NCBI GenBank assembly: GCA_963649625.1
Contig: CAVJIP010000169.1
Span: 1-45,130, forward strand
From: Bacteroidaceae bacterium
Lineage (GTDB): Bacteria; Bacillota; Clostridia; Oscillospirales; Oscillospiraceae
Direction of reading: 5' to 3'
DNA: 45,130 nucleotides
Shown: positions 19,982 through 27,069 of the stretch, one piece after another
How positions within the stretch are numbered: the stretch's first letter is position 1
How the letters are laid out: each line of letters begins with the position of its first letter
Position numbers and translations under genes: made by a program
Notes under the pieces: generated by a model
Told to the model about the DNA's origin: nothing
Databases searched by the model: none
What the model saw: only the letters and a program-made list of their open reading frames with translations

Positions 19982-20533
19982 CTACCGCACCTGTATATCT
20001 GTCAAAATCTGCGCCGCAGCATCCTCCAACGTCATAGTCTGCGGCAAAATTTTCTCCGGAAGACACCCGATATAGTCATTCTCCTTCCACCAATCCCGCA
20101 TGGCCTCCGGGCCAAAATCAGCCCGGTTGGGCTTTGTCTTGTGGCGGCGCAGCGTTTCCTCAAAGGGAATGTCATAGTAGTAGGCGTGAATATCCTCGGC
20201 GGAATACTCCGCCTGAATGCAGCGGAACAGCACCTCGTAGGTTTCGGAAAACAGAATGCCCTCCAGAATGACATATTCACAGTGCTGCCGCCCATATTGT
20301 ACCAGATTCATCAGCAGGGGCACCGCCGGGCCATCCTTGGTGTCTTTGGCCCAGAGCATATCCCGGCGGATCACGTCCTGAGAGATCACCAGCGTGCCCC
20401 GGCCCAACTTGTGCTGGAGCATATGGGCAAGGGTGGTCTTGCCGCTGCCGGAGTTGCCACGGAGCAGGATGAGCTTGCATTTGTTTGTTTCAATTCTCTT
20501 TGCTGACAAAGTGGATGACCTCCTTTGGCTCAT
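19982..20533 (-). CDS. P-loop kinase-like ATPase (AAA_33-type, uncharacterised small kinase family)
   Basis: Walker A LLRGNSGSGKTT, then VISQDVIRRDML and ILEGIL. The start is uncertain: the track gives 20533, while TTG at 20509 sits 9 nt after AGGAGG (20524..20519). Either start overlaps the 3' end of the NUDIX gene. Confidence 0.75.
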   Translation of the reverse strand: MSQRRSSTLSAKRIETNKCKLILLRGNSGSGKTTLAHMLQHKLGRGTLVISQDVIRRDMLWAKDTKDGPAVPLLMNLVQYGRQHCEYVILEGILFSETYEVLFRCIQAEYSAEDIHAYYYDIPFEETLRRHKTKPNRADFGPEAMRDWWKENDYIGCLPEKILPQTMTLEDAAAQILTDIQVR

Positions 20534-20981
20534 TTACAATATACGGAATCAGCTCTAATGGGTAAACCTTCAACCCGTTTTTCAGATGCTCCAGCGGTAC
20601 CCAGCAATAGTCCAGATCAAAACGTTCATTTTCCATTTCATCATATCCATGAATAATTCCGTCCAAGGGAATGCTGTCCGGATTGACAAGTCTGATTTTA
20701 TAATACAGGCATATCTGATGACATGGTTTATCTCCCCAAGGGAAAAACAGCTCTCCTACAGCAAGCAGCCGGTCAACCTCGATTTCTGTATGAAGCTCCT
20801 CCAAATATTCACGTTTTAATGCTTCAGCGGTGGTTTCCAGTGCCGAAACATGGCCGCCAATGATCGCATAATCGTCGTCCTTGGGCTTTTGGAGCAGGAC
20901 GCTTCCGTTTTGAACCAGCAAGCCGCCTACACGGAGGGAAAACACGAAATCGCTTGTGGGGAAAATAATGTCTCTTTTCAT
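20490..20981 (-). CDS. NUDIX hydrolase
   Basis: 163 aa. Nudix box GGHVSALETTAEALKREYLEELHTEI (Gx5Ex7REUxEE). RBS AGGAGG. Confidence 0.88.
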   Translation of the reverse strand: MKRDIIFPTSDFVFSLRVGGLLVQNGSVLLQKPKDDDYAIIGGHVSALETTAEALKREYLEELHTEIEVDRLLAVGELFFPWGDKPCHQICLYYKIRLVNPDSIPLDGIIHGYDEMENERFDLDYCWVPLEHLKNGLKVYPLELIPYIVNEPKEVIHFVSKEN

Positions 20982-21089
20982 ACGGTAGTCCTCCTAATCC
21001 ATTGCGGGACGCTCCATCAAAATATGTCGCTTCCGCTTCATTGTTTCATCCATATTTTCCTCTATTTCTCCTGAAATTCTTTCGACTTC

Positions 21090-21118
21090 ATCCTATCATA
21101 GAAAGAAAAATCCGTCAA
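21090..21118 (-). promoter_or_regulatory. Candidate promoter of the NUDIX-kinase pair (TTGACG-17-TAGGAT on minus)
   Basis: CGTCAA at 21113-21118 and ATCCTA at 21090-21095 on the plus strand. Confidence 0.35.
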
Positions 21119-21239
21119 TCAAAACAGGCAGAGGATGTCAGCCGAGGAGGCCATACTGGTGTCGGAAACGCACAGAGGCGGCCTTCCCCAGCACCCTTCC
21201 CCTTCAATCTGAACCCATAAAAAATGTGAAAACTGAACC

Positions 21240-21268
21240 TTACGAAGTGTCCAGTTTGTGTGTATACT
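21240..21268 (+). promoter_or_regulatory. Promoter of the ECF-S/pdxK/radical-SAM operon (TTACGA-17-TGtgTATACT)
   Basis: TTACGA at 21240-21245 and TATACT at 21263-21268, with upstream TG. Confidence 0.5.
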
Positions 21269-21281
21269 AGGGAGCAACCAA

Positions 21282-21297
21282 AGATTTGCGCAAATCT
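21282..21297 (+). promoter_or_regulatory. Perfect 16-bp palindrome AGATTTGCGCAAATCT in the leader (candidate operator or leader hairpin)
   Basis: Read directly. It lies 14 nt after the -10 and 30 nt before the ATG at 21328. Confidence 0.4.
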
Positions 21298-21327
21298 CCT
21301 GGAATTGATTCCACAGGAGAGAATCTT

Positions 21328-21846
21328 ATGAACACCACTGAAAAAATCCGTCGGTTGACTCTGGCCGCCCTGGGGGCCGCCCTGGTCTGCATTTCCACCC
21401 GGGTGCTCCAGTTCCCCATTCCACTGGGCTATGCCCACCTGGGAAACTGTGTGCTCCTGCTGTTTGCTGTGTACTTTGACCCCTGGGTGGGGGCCTTTGC
21501 CGGAGGGGTAGGCTCCGCCCTGGCTGACCTGCTGAGCTACCCGGAGTGGGCTCTGCCCACCCTGATCATCAAGAGCCTGATGGGCTTGGCCGCCGCACGA
21601 ATCGCCAAGAAAAGGGGTGAGCGGGCCCGGGTGAAGTCCCCCAGGACGCTGCTGGCGGTGGTCGTTGCTATTTTGATTATGATCGTTGGCTATTTCCTGG
21701 CTGGAAGCCTGCTCTATGGCTCCCTTGTCACCGGGGCCACCCAGATTTCCGGCCTGAGCCTGGAGGGCCTTGTAGGCATCCTGCTGTTTTACGGGATTGC
21801 CGTTGCACTGGAGGCCGCCGGTGTTCTGAAAAAAGTCGGGGTGTAA
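21328..21846 (+). CDS. ECF transporter S component (substrate-specific; probably a vitamin B6 or pyrimidine-moiety type, given the adjacent kinase)
   Basis: The track ORF starts at 21286. ATG 21328 (MNTTEKIRRLTLAALGAALVCIS) follows AGGAGA. It is a ~170-aa, 6-TM protein with the AxxDLL motif (GSALADLLSYP) typical of S components. Confidence 0.78.
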   Translation: MNTTEKIRRLTLAALGAALVCISTRVLQFPIPLGYAHLGNCVLLLFAVYFDPWVGAFAGGVGSALADLLSYPEWALPTLIIKSLMGLAAARIAKKRGERARVKSPRTLLAVVVAILIMIVGYFLAGSLLYGSLVTGATQISGLSLEGLVGILLFYGIAVALEAAGVLKKVGV

Positions 21847-21872
21847 CCAAATGCTCTGGGGAGGAATATCCA

Positions 21873-22703
21873 TTGTCCCACAACAACCAAAAGAAAATCG
21901 CAGTCATTAACGACCTGTCCGGCTTTGGCCGCTGCTCTCTGGCGGTGGCCCTGCCCCTGATCTCCCACCTGGGCATTCAGTGCTGCCCTCTGCCCACGGC
22001 CATTTTTTCCGACCATACCGGCTTTCCCAGCTTTTACTACACCGACTGCACCGACCAAATGGCCCCCTACATGGAGGAATGGAAAAAGCTGGAACTTGAA
22101 TTTGAGGGGATTCTGACCGGCTTTTTAGGCTCTGCCCGGCAGATCGACCTGGTGGAGCGATTCCTGGAGGAGTTTACCACCCAGCGAACCCGGGTCATTA
22201 TTGACCCGGTGATGGGCGACAATGGCCGTCCCTACCGCACCTACACCCGGGAACTGTGTCAGCAGATGAAGCGGCTGGTTCGATACGCCAACATTCTGAC
22301 CCCCAATGTCACCGAGGCCTGTATTCTGACGGATACCCCCTATCAGGACAGATTCTCCGAGCGGGCTTTGCTGGAGATGGCCCGGAGACTGTGCCGTCAG
22401 GGGCCGGAGCAGGTGGTTATTACCGGGGTCTCCAGGGGAGAATTTCTGGAAAACTACTGTTATGACCAAGCATCGGGGCCTGCGGTGCAGCGTACCCGGC
22501 GGGTGGCCCCCCAGCGCTCCGGCACCGGTGATGTGTTTTCCGCCATTGTGGCGGCGGGGGCGGTGCGGCAGGTTCCCTTTGCCAAAAGCGTTCGGACGGC
22601 GGCCAGGTTTATTAAGCTCTGTCTCAACCGCTCGGCAGAGCTGGACATTCCCACCACCGATGGGGTATGCTTTGAAGAGGTCATGGATAAACTTCATTTT
22701 TGA
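21873..22703 (+). CDS. pdxK: Pyridoxamine/pyridoxal kinase (PdxK/PdxY, ribokinase superfamily)
   Basis: 276 aa. KKIAVINDLSGFGRCSLAVALPLISHLG, DPVMGDNG and GTGDVFSA (anion hole) are typical of pyridoxal kinases. TTG start lies 7 nt after GGGGAGGA. Confidence 0.85.
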   Translation: MSHNNQKKIAVINDLSGFGRCSLAVALPLISHLGIQCCPLPTAIFSDHTGFPSFYYTDCTDQMAPYMEEWKKLELEFEGILTGFLGSARQIDLVERFLEEFTTQRTRVIIDPVMGDNGRPYRTYTRELCQQMKRLVRYANILTPNVTEACILTDTPYQDRFSERALLEMARRLCRQGPEQVVITGVSRGEFLENYCYDQASGPAVQRTRRVAPQRSGTGDVFSAIVAAGAVRQVPFAKSVRTAARFIKLCLNRSAELDIPTTDGVCFEEVMDKLHF

Positions 22704-22720
22704 TAAGGAGCAAAATCACA

Positions 22721-23323
22721 ATGGAAATTCTCTATCGGGTACACACCGGCCTTTATGTAAACCTCACCAACAAATGCTCCTCCGCCTGCACCTTCTGCCT
22801 CCGGCAGTCCATGGATCATGTAGGGGAAAGCCACTGTCTGTGGCTGGAGCGGGAACCTACTGCCCAGGAGGTGGAGGCCGAATTTGAAAAGTGGGATTTG
22901 TCCCAGTTTACGGAGATTGTATTCTGCGGCTTTGGAGAGCCCACCTGTGCCCTGCCGGTGCTGCTGGAGGTGGCCGCCTGGTTAAAATCCCGCACCACAC
23001 TGCCCATTCGGGTCAACACCAACGGCCAGGGCAGTCTGATTGCCGGACAGGACATCACCGGGGAGCTGGCCAAGTGCGTGGACACCGTCTCCGTCTCCCT
23101 GAATGACCCGGATCCTGTGAAATACCAGGCCCTGGTGCGCAGCAAATTCGGAGAACGTGCCTTTCCCGGTATGCTGGAATTTGTCAAGGGCTGCGTGGCC
23201 CAGGGCATCCATGTTGTCATGACCACCGTGGACACCACCATCACCCATGAGGAGGAGGCTCAGTGCCGAAAGATCTGTCAGGACATCGGCGCAGACTATC
23301 GAATCCGCCCCTGGGAGGATTGA
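22721..23323 (+). CDS. Small radical SAM protein (resembles the TatD-associated radical SAM family)
   Basis: MEILYRVHTGLYVNLTNKCSSACTFCLRQ carries the CxxxCxxC cluster, followed by GFGEP. About 200 aa. AAGGAG lies 10 nt upstream. Confidence 0.8.
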   Translation: MEILYRVHTGLYVNLTNKCSSACTFCLRQSMDHVGESHCLWLEREPTAQEVEAEFEKWDLSQFTEIVFCGFGEPTCALPVLLEVAAWLKSRTTLPIRVNTNGQGSLIAGQDITGELAKCVDTVSVSLNDPDPVKYQALVRSKFGERAFPGMLEFVKGCVAQGIHVVMTTVDTTITHEEEAQCRKICQDIGADYRIRPWED

Positions 23324-23368
23324 ACCTATAATAGGATTCCTATGAAGTGATTTTGTGCGGAAGGGGCC

Positions 23369-23402
23369 GGGAGGCCAAGGTGCGGGTTCACCTTGGCCTC
23401 CC
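23369..23402. terminator. Bidirectional intrinsic terminator between the radical SAM and LysR genes (14-bp stem)
   Basis: GGGAGGCCAAGGTG - CGGGTT - CACCTTGGCCTCCC, followed by CTTTTTCC. Confidence 0.65.
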
Positions 23403-23475
23403 AGTCCCTGCTTTTTCCGCCTGTTCATCTATTTTTCAAAAACACGCCGCTGCGGCACCATATTAAATGTTTTAA

Positions 23476-24366
23476 TCAGCTTTCCGTATCATACAGCAGC
23501 TCCTTGAGCCGCTGAAAGGCAATGCTTTGTGGCCGGGTGCTTTCGGCCAGGATGATTTGCCTCTCCGGGATAGGCTCCACCAGGCGAATCTCAAACACCT
23601 CCTGCCGGGCCAGGGCCGGTGTGGCCAGAGGCTCCGGCACAAAGCCGATGCCCAGGTTGTACTGAATCATGGGGAGCATCTGATCCATGGCGGTGGCCTC
23701 CATGTCCACATGAAGGGGCAGGCCGTGCTTGGCAAACAGCTGCTGATAGAAGGCCCGGGTGCTGGTGCCGGGACTGAGACACACCAGGGGCAGGGCGGAT
23801 AGATCCTGGAGCCGCCGCATTTTGGAGGCCAACTCCCGGTAATTGCTGCCGCCCACCAAAACCTCCCGAAAGCTGGCCAGCCGGGACACCGTCAGGCTGG
23901 AGGCATTTTGGCAGGGGGTGGTAATCACGGCGGCATCCGCCCGGCCCTGGGCCAACGCAGTGACAGCCTGGGGAGAGGTGTCGTTGGTAATCCGAAGGCG
24001 AATGTTGGGATAGCGGGTGTGGAAATCCGACAGCCGCCGCAGCAGGAACAGATGCAGCGCCGTTTCCGTTGCGCTCAGGGAGATCAGGCCGGTTTCCAGC
24101 CGGCAGCTTTTTTTCAGCTCCGCCTCCCCGGCGGCCAGCTGCTCATAGGCCACCTGCACACGGGCAAACAGCCGCTGCCCCTCCGGGGTCAGTGTGACAC
24201 CCCGATTGGAGCGGAGAAACAGCCGGCAGCCCAGCTCCTGCTCCAGGTTGTTCATACAGCGGGTAATATTGGGCTGATTGTTCTCCAGCATCGCCGCCGC
24301 CCGGGTAAAGCTGTGCTCCTGGGCGACATGGTAAAAAATACGATAGTAATCGTAGGGGACGGCCAT
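23476..24366 (-). CDS. LysR family transcriptional regulator
   Basis: The probable start is M15 of the track ORF (MAVPYDYYRIFYHVAQEHSFTRAAAMLENNQPNITRCMNNLEQELGCRLFLR, the LysR HTH). It is divergent from the PurA-like gene. Confidence 0.9.
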   Translation of the reverse strand: MAVPYDYYRIFYHVAQEHSFTRAAAMLENNQPNITRCMNNLEQELGCRLFLRSNRGVTLTPEGQRLFARVQVAYEQLAAGEAELKKSCRLETGLISLSATETALHLFLLRRLSDFHTRYPNIRLRITNDTSPQAVTALAQGRADAAVITTPCQNASSLTVSRLASFREVLVGGSNYRELASKMRRLQDLSALPLVCLSPGTSTRAFYQQLFAKHGLPLHVDMEATAMDQMLPMIQYNLGIGFVPEPLATPALARQEVFEIRLVEPIPERQIILAESTRPQSIAFQRLKELLYDTES

Positions 24367-24380
24367 GGGTTTGTCCTTTC

Positions 24381-24403
24381 TGCCATATAAAAATAATATG
24401 GCA
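24381..24403. promoter_or_regulatory. Candidate LysR-type (T-N11-A-like) dyad TGCCATAT-N7-ATATGGCA
   Basis: Perfect 8-bp arms at 24381-24388 and 24396-24403. The centre lies about 65 nt upstream of the TSS predicted from the 24445 -10 box. Confidence 0.45.
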
Positions 24404-24421
24404 ATCATGCGAATGATATAT

Positions 24422-24450
24422 TTTACATTTTGCTTTTAGAACAGTATAAT
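24422..24450 (+). promoter_or_regulatory. Promoter (TTTACA-17-TATAAT) driving the PurA-like gene and possibly the atp operon
   Basis: TTTACA at 24422-24427 and TATAAT at 24445-24450. Confidence 0.5.
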
Positions 24451-24529
24451 GTGTCCGATTAAAAAAAGCAACTATAAAAGCGGCGGATTTTTCCAAACGG
24501 GAGCCGCCCGGGCAGAAGGAGGCGGGGCC

Positions 24530-25864
24530 ATGCTCACCGCAGTCGTGGGTATCAACTGGGGTGACGAGGGAAAGGGCCGCATTGTGGATTTGCTGGCAGC
24601 GCAGGCCGATGTGGTGGTGCGCTGCCAGGGCGGCAGAAACGCCGGTCATCGGATGACCACCTCCGCCGGGAACTATGTGTTTGATTTGCTGCCTGCCGGA
24701 CTGCTGCACCCCCGGGTGGTAGGCATTCTGGGCGGCGGCATGGTGGTGGATTTGGATCATCTCCGGCATGAGCTGTCCATGATGTCCTATTTTCAGATAC
24801 CAATCAGTCCCGACAATTTGAAGCTGTCCAGTCAGGCCGCCATCTGTATGCCCTTTCATATCCGGCAGGAGGTACTGGAGGAAGATCGGCTGCGCCAGGG
24901 CGGCGGCTATGGCTCCACCCGGCGGGGAATTGCCTATGCCTACGGGGATAAATACCTGAAAAAGGCCCTCCGGCTGGGGGATCTGCAAGCCCTGGACAGT
25001 CCCGAGGTACGACAGCGTCTCCGGGAGATTCTGGACAGCAAAAACCTGGTACTGACCAAAATTTATGGACAGCAGCCCCTGGGAGAGGACGAGGCCCTCC
25101 AGTGGTGCCGGGATCAGGCCGCCTTCTTTTCCCCCTACATCTGCCACACCGGGGCCTATCTCCGGCAGGCGGTACAGGAAGGAAAAAACATCCTTTTGGA
25201 GGCCCAGCTGGGTGCGCTCCGGGACATTGACTACGGCATCTATCCCTATACCGCCAGCTTTCACACCCTTTCCTCCGATATGCCCCTGGGGGCGGGCATT
25301 CCCGGGGTCCGGCCGGATCATGTGGTGGGGGTCATAAAGGCCTATTCCACCTGCGCCGGAGAGGGCCCCTTCCCGGCAGAAAAGGTTATGCCGGAGCCCT
25401 GGAGTCGGCGGCTTCGGGACATGGGCGGGGAATACGGCCCCGCCACAGGCCGGCCCCGGCGGACAGGGCCCTTTGACGTGGTGGCCAGCCGGTACGGCAT
25501 CCGGTGCCAGGGCCCGGATCAGCTGGCCCTTACAAAGCTGGACGTGCTCAGCGGTCTGGAGGAGCTGCCGGTGATCACCGGCTATCTGCTGGCAGGAAAA
25601 CCCCTGGACAGCTTCCCCACAGGCCCGGAGCTGGAGCAGGTTCAGCCGGTAGTGGAAACGCTGCCAGGCTGGCAGGAGGACATCTCCGGCTGCCAAAGCT
25701 GGCAGAGCCTGCCCCGGCAGGCAAAGGAATATGTTCTGTTTCTGGAGCGGCAGCTGGGCACCCCATTCCACATGATTTCCGTGGGAACGGGCCCGAATGC
25801 CTGGTTTCCCCGCAAGGCGGGCAGCTGGGTGTTCCAAGAGACAGAGGAGAGGAGTAAGCCATGA
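24530..25864 (+). CDS. Adenylosuccinate synthase family protein (divergent PurA paralog)
   Basis: The real start is probably ATG 24530 (MLTAVVGINWGDEGKGRIVD), 7 nt after GAAGGAGG. GDEGKG, NAGH, KAYSTxxGxGPFP, TGRxRRTG and TKLDVL are retained, while several substrate-site motifs are altered (see findings). The stop overlaps the atpB start (ATGA). Confidence 0.85.
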   Translation: MLTAVVGINWGDEGKGRIVDLLAAQADVVVRCQGGRNAGHRMTTSAGNYVFDLLPAGLLHPRVVGILGGGMVVDLDHLRHELSMMSYFQIPISPDNLKLSSQAAICMPFHIRQEVLEEDRLRQGGGYGSTRRGIAYAYGDKYLKKALRLGDLQALDSPEVRQRLREILDSKNLVLTKIYGQQPLGEDEALQWCRDQAAFFSPYICHTGAYLRQAVQEGKNILLEAQLGALRDIDYGIYPYTASFHTLSSDMPLGAGIPGVRPDHVVGVIKAYSTCAGEGPFPAEKVMPEPWSRRLRDMGGEYGPATGRPRRTGPFDVVASRYGIRCQGPDQLALTKLDVLSGLEELPVITGYLLAGKPLDSFPTGPELEQVQPVVETLPGWQEDISGCQSWQSLPRQAKEYVLFLERQLGTPFHMISVGTGPNAWFPRKAGSWVFQETEERSKP

Positions 25865-26682
25865 AGCATAAAAAATTCCTGGTACTCTGGGTTCTGGTGA
25901 TGGCAGGGCTGCTGATTGCAAGCCTGCTGCTCCCCGGCGCAGACAAACAGGAAACCATCCAGGAGGCCATGCGGGACGCAGTGCTCCACGAAAGTGGCCG
26001 CATCCGTCTGTTTGGCCTAAAGAACGTAAATCCCGGGCTGATTTCCGGGCTGGTCGTGACCGGTTTTTTACTGATTGCGGCGGCGCTGATCCGCATCTTC
26101 GCCATTCCCCGGTTCAAGCTGGTGCCCGGAAAATTCCAGCTTCTCCTGGAGCAGCTGGTAAACACCTTTGACGGGCTGGCAAAAAGCAATTCCCCCCATC
26201 GGAACGGATTTCTGGGGGCCTATATCTTCGCCGCCGGCGTGTACATCTTTGTGGGGACACTTTTTGAGCTGTTCGGTGTCCAGGCTCTCAGCATCAGCGG
26301 CAGCTCCGTGACCCTTCCGGCCCCCCTGTCGGATGTAAACGGGGCCATTGCCCTGGGCTGCCTGTCCTATTTGATTATTCTCTCCGGAGGTATCGCCGGA
26401 AACGGATTCCATGGGGTGGGGGCCACCTTAAAGGAGTTCTCCCTGCCCATTTCCATGAGCTTTCGTCTGTTCGGCGCCCTGCTCAGCGGCCTGCTGGTGA
26501 CGGAGCTGATCTACTATTATATTCAGCTGAGCTTCGTGCTGCCGGTGCTGGTGGCGGTGCTGTTTACCCTGCTCCACGCCCTGATTCAAAGCTATGTGCT
26601 GACCATGCTCACGGCTCTGTTCTACGGCGAGGTGTCTCAGCCCAGGGAAAAGAAGAAAAAACAAGTAAAAAAGATTGCGTAA
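25861..26682 (+). CDS. atpB: F0F1 ATP synthase subunit a
   Basis: 273 aa. The essential Arg motif is SMSFRLFGALLSG, followed by the C-terminal helices. There is an N-terminal extension with an extra hydrophobic segment. Confidence 0.9.
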   Translation: MKHKKFLVLWVLVMAGLLIASLLLPGADKQETIQEAMRDAVLHESGRIRLFGLKNVNPGLISGLVVTGFLLIAAALIRIFAIPRFKLVPGKFQLLLEQLVNTFDGLAKSNSPHRNGFLGAYIFAAGVYIFVGTLFELFGVQALSISGSSVTLPAPLSDVNGAIALGCLSYLIILSGGIAGNGFHGVGATLKEFSLPISMSFRLFGALLSGLLVTELIYYYIQLSFVLPVLVAVLFTLLHALIQSYVLTMLTALFYGEVSQPREKKKKQVKKIA

Positions 26683-26700
26683 AAATTGGAGGTCTTTCTG

Positions 26701-27063
26701 ATGAAAAAGCTGAAATTGAAAATCCCCGCTATCCTGATGTTGGTCATTATGGTGATGGCCCTGGCCGTTCCCGTGCTGGCAGCCAACCAGGGGGAAACCG
26801 CCGCCGCCACGGAGACCGTTGAAACCACCCAGGACAGCGGCACCAACGCAAAGGCCATTGCCGCCGCCGTGGCCATCGGTCTTGCCGCCGCAGGCGGTGC
26901 CATCGCCATGGGCATGGTGGCCGGAAAGTCCGCAGAGGGCATCGCCCGTCAGCCGGAGGCCCAGGACAAAATTCGTACCACCCTGATGCTGAGCCTGGTG
27001 TTTATCGAGACTGCGATTATCTATGCGCTTCTGGTTGTTATTCTGATTATCTTCGTACTATAA
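26701..27063 (+). CDS. atpE: F0F1 ATP synthase subunit c with a signal-peptide-like N-terminal extension
   Basis: ATG 26701 lies 8 nt after GGAGG. The C-terminal ~75 aa form the c hairpin ([13 protein letters not shown] loop; carboxylate in FIETAIIY). The N-terminal ~45 aa are [47 protein letters not shown]. Confidence 0.9.
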   Translation: MKKLKLKIPAILMLVIMVMALAVPVLAANQGETAAATETVETTQDSGTNAKAIAAAVAIGLAAAGGAIAMGMVAGKSAEGIARQPEAQDKIRTTLMLSLVFIETAIIYALLVVILIIFVL

Positions 27064-27069
27064 AGGCAG

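Noticed and set aside
24143-25921. A 592-aa minus-strand ORF spanning the LysR start and the whole PurA-like gene.
   Set aside because: Antisense artefact. It crosses a promoter-containing AT-rich intergenic region only by chance and has no RBS or motifs.
26701-27063. A Na+-binding signature in the c subunit.
   Set aside because: I aligned by hand to the Ilyobacter tartaricus c subunit (from memory). The alignment places Met where the helix-1 Gln ligand sits. Only E/T/Y of the helix-2 motif (IETAIIY) is present. The Na+ signature is therefore incomplete, and H+ coupling is more likely. This needs a real alignment and is low confidence either way.
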